64,000 nt of DNA from Cycas panzhihuaensis (Eukaryota > Plantae > Cycadophyta). The position numbers and the translations under genes are program-made. Shown in pieces: positions 58,237 through 64,000 of the stretch (position 1 is its first letter; every line of letters starts with the position of its first letter). The notes under the pieces are model-generated. The model ran no database searches. It was not told the DNA's origin and was given only the letters and a program-made list of their open reading frames with translations. The stretch is from NCBI GenBank assembly GCA_023213395.1, contig CM041465.1, positions 180,241,741 through 180,305,740 of the forward strand. Reading direction: 5' to 3'.

Positions 58237-59754
58237 ACCCACAAGATAATATTTCTTCCCATTGCACCCCTTTTAGTGCAAACTCCGTTTGAAAAGTTGG
58301 GACTTGACTTCATAGGACTCATCATTTATTTAGTAACTTGAATAAATGCTTGTTATATTCTCATTGGAACTGAGCTAGTGAAAAAATTGATCAAAGCACG
58401 AGCATTAAAAGGATGTGATGCAAGGAGAATAACTCAATTTTTGTATGAGATGACCATCATCAAATGTGGATGCCACATAGAAATTATCTTATAGATCAAG
58501 GGGCAAGGCTTATAAATAAACATATTAAACATCTTACCGAAGAATTTATGATTATAGGTAAAAAAATCTTCGCCATGATATCCAAGGGTAAATGGATAGG
58601 TGGAGAGCACCAACAAAATCTTTGAAAGAGTGCTAATAAAAAATTGCAAGAAAAGATGTATAGATTGGGCAAGAAAACTTCACTCTATCTTGTGGATAGA
58701 TCAAACAATGGCCAAAAGAGCTCATGGGAAAACTCTTTTTCAAATGGTCTTTAGCTTAAAAGCCAAAATTCTATTAGAATTGCATATCCTTAGCTTGAGA
58801 ATCTCCATATAAAATTGATCAGTTGAAGATAAATCTCATCAAGAGCAACTTTGTTAGTTAATGAAGTTAGATGAGACAAGAACATTGGCTCAATAACATT
58901 TATAAATAAATAAACAACAACGAAAAACATGGCACGATCAACATGTGTAGATACCAGAAATACATAATGGTGACTTAGTTTAAAGTATGATAGTAAATTA
59001 AATCACCATGTAAAGAAAATAAAAATGTGATTGCTTTGATTATTCAGGGTTGAGGAAATACAAGAAAATGGGTAAGATTAGCATAGTTAGATAGAAAAGT
59101 GCTATCAAAACTTATTAATGGTAGCAAATTAAAAAGTATTATTATTAAAAAATAAAAATAAAAAAAGCTTCAAAATATCAACTCATTACAATAAATAGGA
59201 TGACCATGGACATGTTCAGGGATGATGACAACACAATCAAGGGCATAACCTGATATGATCAATCGACACGACTTAGTATGAACCACTAGCACGATTGGTC
59301 AATGTAATCAATATAATGGGGACATTTTTTTTCCAACTACCATTTCTAAACAAACTATGGGTGTGACACTAGAAGACAACATACAATTCAATTAACAATT
59401 ACATATATATTTCAACTTCAAATTTTTCAAAAAAGAGAAATACTACCAAGTAAGAATTATATAATCAAAGACCATTACCTATAATTCAATTGAAATAATA
59501 AATATGATAGGGGGCAATTAGAAAGGACATTGATTAATTTCATCATTTTGGTGTTAACAAGGAATCTGAAAGGAAGTTGTCTTTAATTATTATTTCAAAT
59601 GCTACATTGCATTAGTAACCAACACACTGGATGTCTGTCCTATGCTCCAAAGTTAGTTACATTCAAAATTTCTTTATCAAAATGATAAGTAATGGCATGC
59701 AAGTATGGTGAGTGATAGGGAGTAAACATTATGACAAAGGAAAACCATGTGCCC

Positions 59755-59947
59755 TTTACTTGCCACCAATAGAACTCAATGCAAGAAGGGAACACACAGG
59801 AGAATAATAATCATATTACTGACCTAGAAGCATAAGCATGATACACACAATAGATTAACGCAAACCATATTCCATTACCATGAAAGGGATTGCACCGACC
59901 CAAGAAGGGTTGGATGCAGCGCAAAGTACAACAAATGAAGAACCCTC
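59755..59947 (+). repeat. ~190 bp dispersed direct repeat, partner ~62792-62984
   Basis: TTTACTTGCCACCAATAGAA...CATTACCATGAA...AGTACAACAAATGAA shared. Confidence 0.85.
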
Positions 59948-62900
59948 AATCGAATACATAATGAAATATATAATAAAAAAAAATGAGGGAAAGCTCAGTG
60001 CACTCACACACAAATACACACGCTCACTTCTATGTACATGAATACTTATTTTATAGCCATTCCCCCTAACTATTTCCCAATTAGTTCATTAATGATAGTT
60101 TGTTAACAATAACAATAATTACACCCATCATTAAAACTATAATTGTCGTCTTGGTTGTACTTCTGGTTGTACCTAAATTGCAATCAAATCTCTGGCCATA
60201 CCAAAGCTAAGAATGAAACTTTGATTGTACTTTCAGTCATACTTAGGCTATGATCAAATTTTTGGCCGCACTTTTGATTATACTCTAATTTGCTCTCTTA
60301 AGCTTGATTTTCCTCTACACACAACTGCCCTAACACAAAATTGTTAAGTGTCCTCACTTGACTTCAAAATTTTCAAATTTTTTTTTCCTATTTTTCCTTC
60401 CACCTAAATTTTTGAAATCAATAATATTCTAAGATATAGGTGGCATTGTTCTCGAAAATGCCTTACCATATTTGGTTAGATAAGCATTGATGCTAGGGCA
60501 TGCTAAGATATCCTTTGATGGTATATTTCTCTGCTGGTTCATCTATCCTCCCTTAACATGCCCTATTATTTTTATGTTTTGCAGAGTTGCCTCTTTTCGC
60601 TACGTTAATCTACCTACCCAACTATATCATTAGGTTCCTCATACATACCATCCATTACACAACAAAATTGTCATAGCATAACTAACAATCATCACCAAAA
60701 TGACCCAATTACATCATCATACAAATGACTAAATAAACCGTGGCCACACTAGATATAATTCAACATTTTCTACAATGAGGATGAAGTCTATATAAATGCA
60801 AAAGCAATAGTCATAACGCATGGGCAACCAATCATTATGTCTGCCAGTTGCCAAAACATTCCTTAGATACATGAGTCATCATCCTGTTAGCCTAAAATCT
60901 ATATAAGACATGACCATCCACCAAAGCACATAGGTAACCAACCATTAAGCTCGTTGGTTGCTAGGACGTCCTTTGTATACATGGTTCATCATGGCTAATT
61001 GAAACTTAAATCTTGGGGATTATTGTATGCCAATATGTCTAGTGTTGCAAAATAGACTTGTTATTGTTAAAAGTTGATGTAATCATTATTGTTGCTAAAA
61101 GCTATTGTTTTACTTGCTACTACCATCAAAATCCTATTATGGACAAGAAAAAACCTCAAAAAATCTAAGATGAATAAAACTTACCCACCATTGTCTCACA
61201 TACTTGTACATCATGGTCACCTTCTCCTCTTATACTATACCTCCTACTACTATCACTACTTATTCAAGAATTTTACACTACTAATCAATATTAAGTCATT
61301 ACAACAAACTTGAAGTGTGTATGGATCACACCTCAACATTGCTCAATATATAATCCATTCATGATTAACTCTAAAAAATGTTAAGTGTTTAGGTGGCCAG
61401 GCCTACACCTAAAAGCAACATTCTTCAATTAACCATGTGTAAATATTAATCATGCTCAATCATTGATCAATACCCTAAAGAAGAGGAAAAATATATACAA
61501 GTATGCAGTGTTGATCAGGCATTGCACTTGCTTACTATATAATAGGGTATAACCATACATATATGTCTGAAGATTAATGATAACATTAAATCTATTACAA
61601 GAGTCATTAGTTGTAAACTTGCATGGACCTTCCACCAAGTTCTTGGTGCAATATTCTTAGATTAATTTGTAGGTCACATGAATTTGTTCAAGCCACCAAC
61701 CTAATTTGCCTCCATATGAGAGGTGTCTAATTCCAGTTTGCCTTAGATTCCATCAAATGATTTGATAATACAGTCAAAGTACGAACCAAAATAACTATAA
61801 TTCATAAGTAGCTTCTTATCATGCACTAACTCAAAAATTCTACTTCCTTTAAGACTTTTTTATCCAAGCTTCGCTTTAAGGCATTTTAAGCTCTAAGCAG
61901 AGACCACAAAAATGATACAGAGGATGAGGTATAAATATACTCTTGAAAATATTTCCCTTTTAGATCTTAGGTCAATTTTCCATCTTGCAACTAGTGGATG
62001 ATCCTTTGCTCGTTCACACAAACTCATGTAACTCAAAAATAGGAAGTGTACTATGCACTAATCTCTTGTTGGTCCTATATGCATTTAGTTTACCAAAGAC
62101 ATGGATATAGGCCAATTTTTTAGCCATATAATGGCTTAAGACCCTACCTTCCTCAAATGCTTTAGCAACAAGAATTATTATCTGTGTTAATTTCTTTACT
62201 CAAAATGTTGTGATTCTACCTTCCAAGTTTATGCCATGTCAACCAACCCTTTTTTTCTTTCCTTCTATTTTTCTCCTTGTATACTTTTAGTTTTACACCT
62301 TTTTCATTTTTTAATTTCAAAATTCCTTTTTAATAAACCAACACAATTATTGTCATGTAGATCTAATTCTAAAGCTTTCAACAAATAATCTTATTTTACA
62401 CATATACTTAAAGTCTTGCTAGTATTCCTACCAACCACCTCATTTGGAAGCTTCTTAGATGAAAAACAATTATCTTCGTCCTTAACAATCCTTTGAAGAA
62501 CAACTTTTTCTAGGTTCAAAGATTAACTAAAATATGTTCCAGGTAGTTGGTCTCTACTAATTGATAACATAACTAGGCAACAAATTACTGATGTAGTGGT
62601 AATTACATGTTGACTGCAACATCACCATTTATCAAACATTAACATAATGGCTTCTTAATGTAATAATGGTGAATACTCTCCTTTGGTGTATTATTGTTGT
62701 CACCTAATCACATCAGAGAAGCATCACAGATAATTTTCTAAAAAGATTCTTAAAGATTTGAGTCATTACAACAACACCAAAATGTATGCTCTTTACTTGC
62801 CACCAATAGAAGTCAATACAAGAAGGGAATACATAGAAAAATAACAATTGCATTACCGACCTAGAAACAAAAGCGCAATACACACAATAAATTGAGCCAA

Positions 62901-63216
62901 ACCTTTTTTCATTACCATGAAGAGGATTGCACTAACATGAGAAGGGTCAGATACAGACCCTTAGTACAACAAATGAAAAAACCTCACACACACACACACC
63001 ACCTCTATGCACATTGTGTACTTCACTCTATTTTTCTATAAAGTTGTAATAATAACTAGATAAAGCAAGTACAAAGAACACCAAATATGATGCAAAACAT
63101 GATGTTATTGGAACAAGGAACTGCATCTAGTTCTCTCACAACTAAATGCAAGCTTGAACACTACACAAGGATTATAAATCCAGTGCGAAGCCTAGTACAA
63201 CAAGAAGAATCATGCA

Positions 63217-63255
<39 letters not shown>
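63217..63255. repeat. (CA)n microsatellite (shorter one ~62985-62999)
   Basis: Direct reading. Confidence 0.95.
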
Positions 63256-63256
<1 letters not shown>

Positions 63257-63375
63257 TTATGTCAATTCTTAGACTAAATTATTTTTATACATGAAAAACT
63301 AACGGTTTAACCATCGTTGACAAAATAGTACAATAAAAATGTCAAAACGATCGATTCTTGTTCATTTGTCTAAAT

Positions 63376-63750
63376 GCAATGTGATTGCAATTACAACTCA
63401 AACTACGATTTAATCGCAATCGCTACTACGATCTCATCACAACTGGAGCTCAACTGCAATCCGATCTCAACTGTGACCCAATTGCGATTTGGTCGCAACT
63501 ATAGCTCTAATTGTGATCTGGATGCAACTATAGCTCCAACTACGATATGGTCGCAATTGCAACTCCAATTGTCATCTAATTGTAACTACGATCTAGTTGC
63601 AACCACAACTCTAAGTAAAACTCAATTGCAAGTCCAACTCCAACCACAACTGTAATTCTAGCTAAAACTCAGCTGCAATTATAACTCCAATTACAACTTA
63701 ATCACAATTGCAACTTTTCATTGCAACTCGATTACAACTATAACTTCAAC
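63376..63750 (+). repeat. Degenerate hexamer-based minisatellite (CAACTA/CAACTG/CAACTC/CGATCT)
   Basis: 6-bp periodicity with a ~24 bp higher-order unit such as GCAACTACGATCTGGTCGCAACT. Confidence 0.8.
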
Positions 63751-64000
63751 CGAAATATGTAACCATTTCTCAACTAACTTTCAATTAACTCCTAATTAAT
63801 TGCAAGAAATTAATGTTAATGTGCGAAACTTTAAGAAAAACGAAACTAAAAATTATTAGGCTAGGTAGAACGAGCAACGTCAACTATACGAGATTGCTCC
63901 TCATGTTATTCATATGAAGTGAAGTCAAATACAATTTGGGAGAGAAAATTATTAATTCTTTTTTATGAATAAGGGCATTCATCTCAACAATGGAGACGAA

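Larger units (their letters stand above)
48420..59150 (+). mobile_element. Degenerate Ty3/Gypsy pol (PR-RT-RH-INT), split by Copia C; LTRs not identified
   Basis: PR MVDGEACVNV 48529. RT KRDPFPIPFIE, GYNQV, MSFGLTNAP ~50784 and FLDDW 50872. RH ~51.3-51.7 kb. INT GH ~51951, then PFEKLGLDFIG 58285 and VESTNK ~58600. No chromodomain seen. Confidence 0.9.

Overview
AT-rich, transposon-dense plant nuclear DNA. A bryophyte such as Physcomitrium is plausible from the element styles and the Lhcbm-type fragment, but that is inference. No intact host gene is visible. The backbone is an old direct segmental duplication (1-8725 plus 23910-24666 versus 40166-49942). Each copy carries a ~2 kb CpG-retaining, G-box-rich island with a Helitron-like 3' end at its left edge, followed by a decayed Ty3/Gypsy element. 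Copy 1 was split by two nested minus-strand Ty1/Copia elements (8726-23904, containing 14368-22439). It is followed by a repeat-rich host region holding a 3-LTR tandem non-autonomous element (28520-32984) and a chimeric 4.95 kb LTR-type insertion (33124-38077). That insertion has two non-homologous LTRs inside one supported TSD and carries a captured Lhcb fragment. Copy 2 gained a young tRNA-derived SINE (44220-44554, 15-bp TSD) inside the island and a full-length Copia (52077-58236) inside the Gypsy integrase. The best leads are the heterologous-LTR cargo element, the SINE, the orphan island, patchwork identity suggesting gene conversion, and a leader motif shared by two otherwise dissimilar Copia elements. 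All alignments and identities were estimated by eye.
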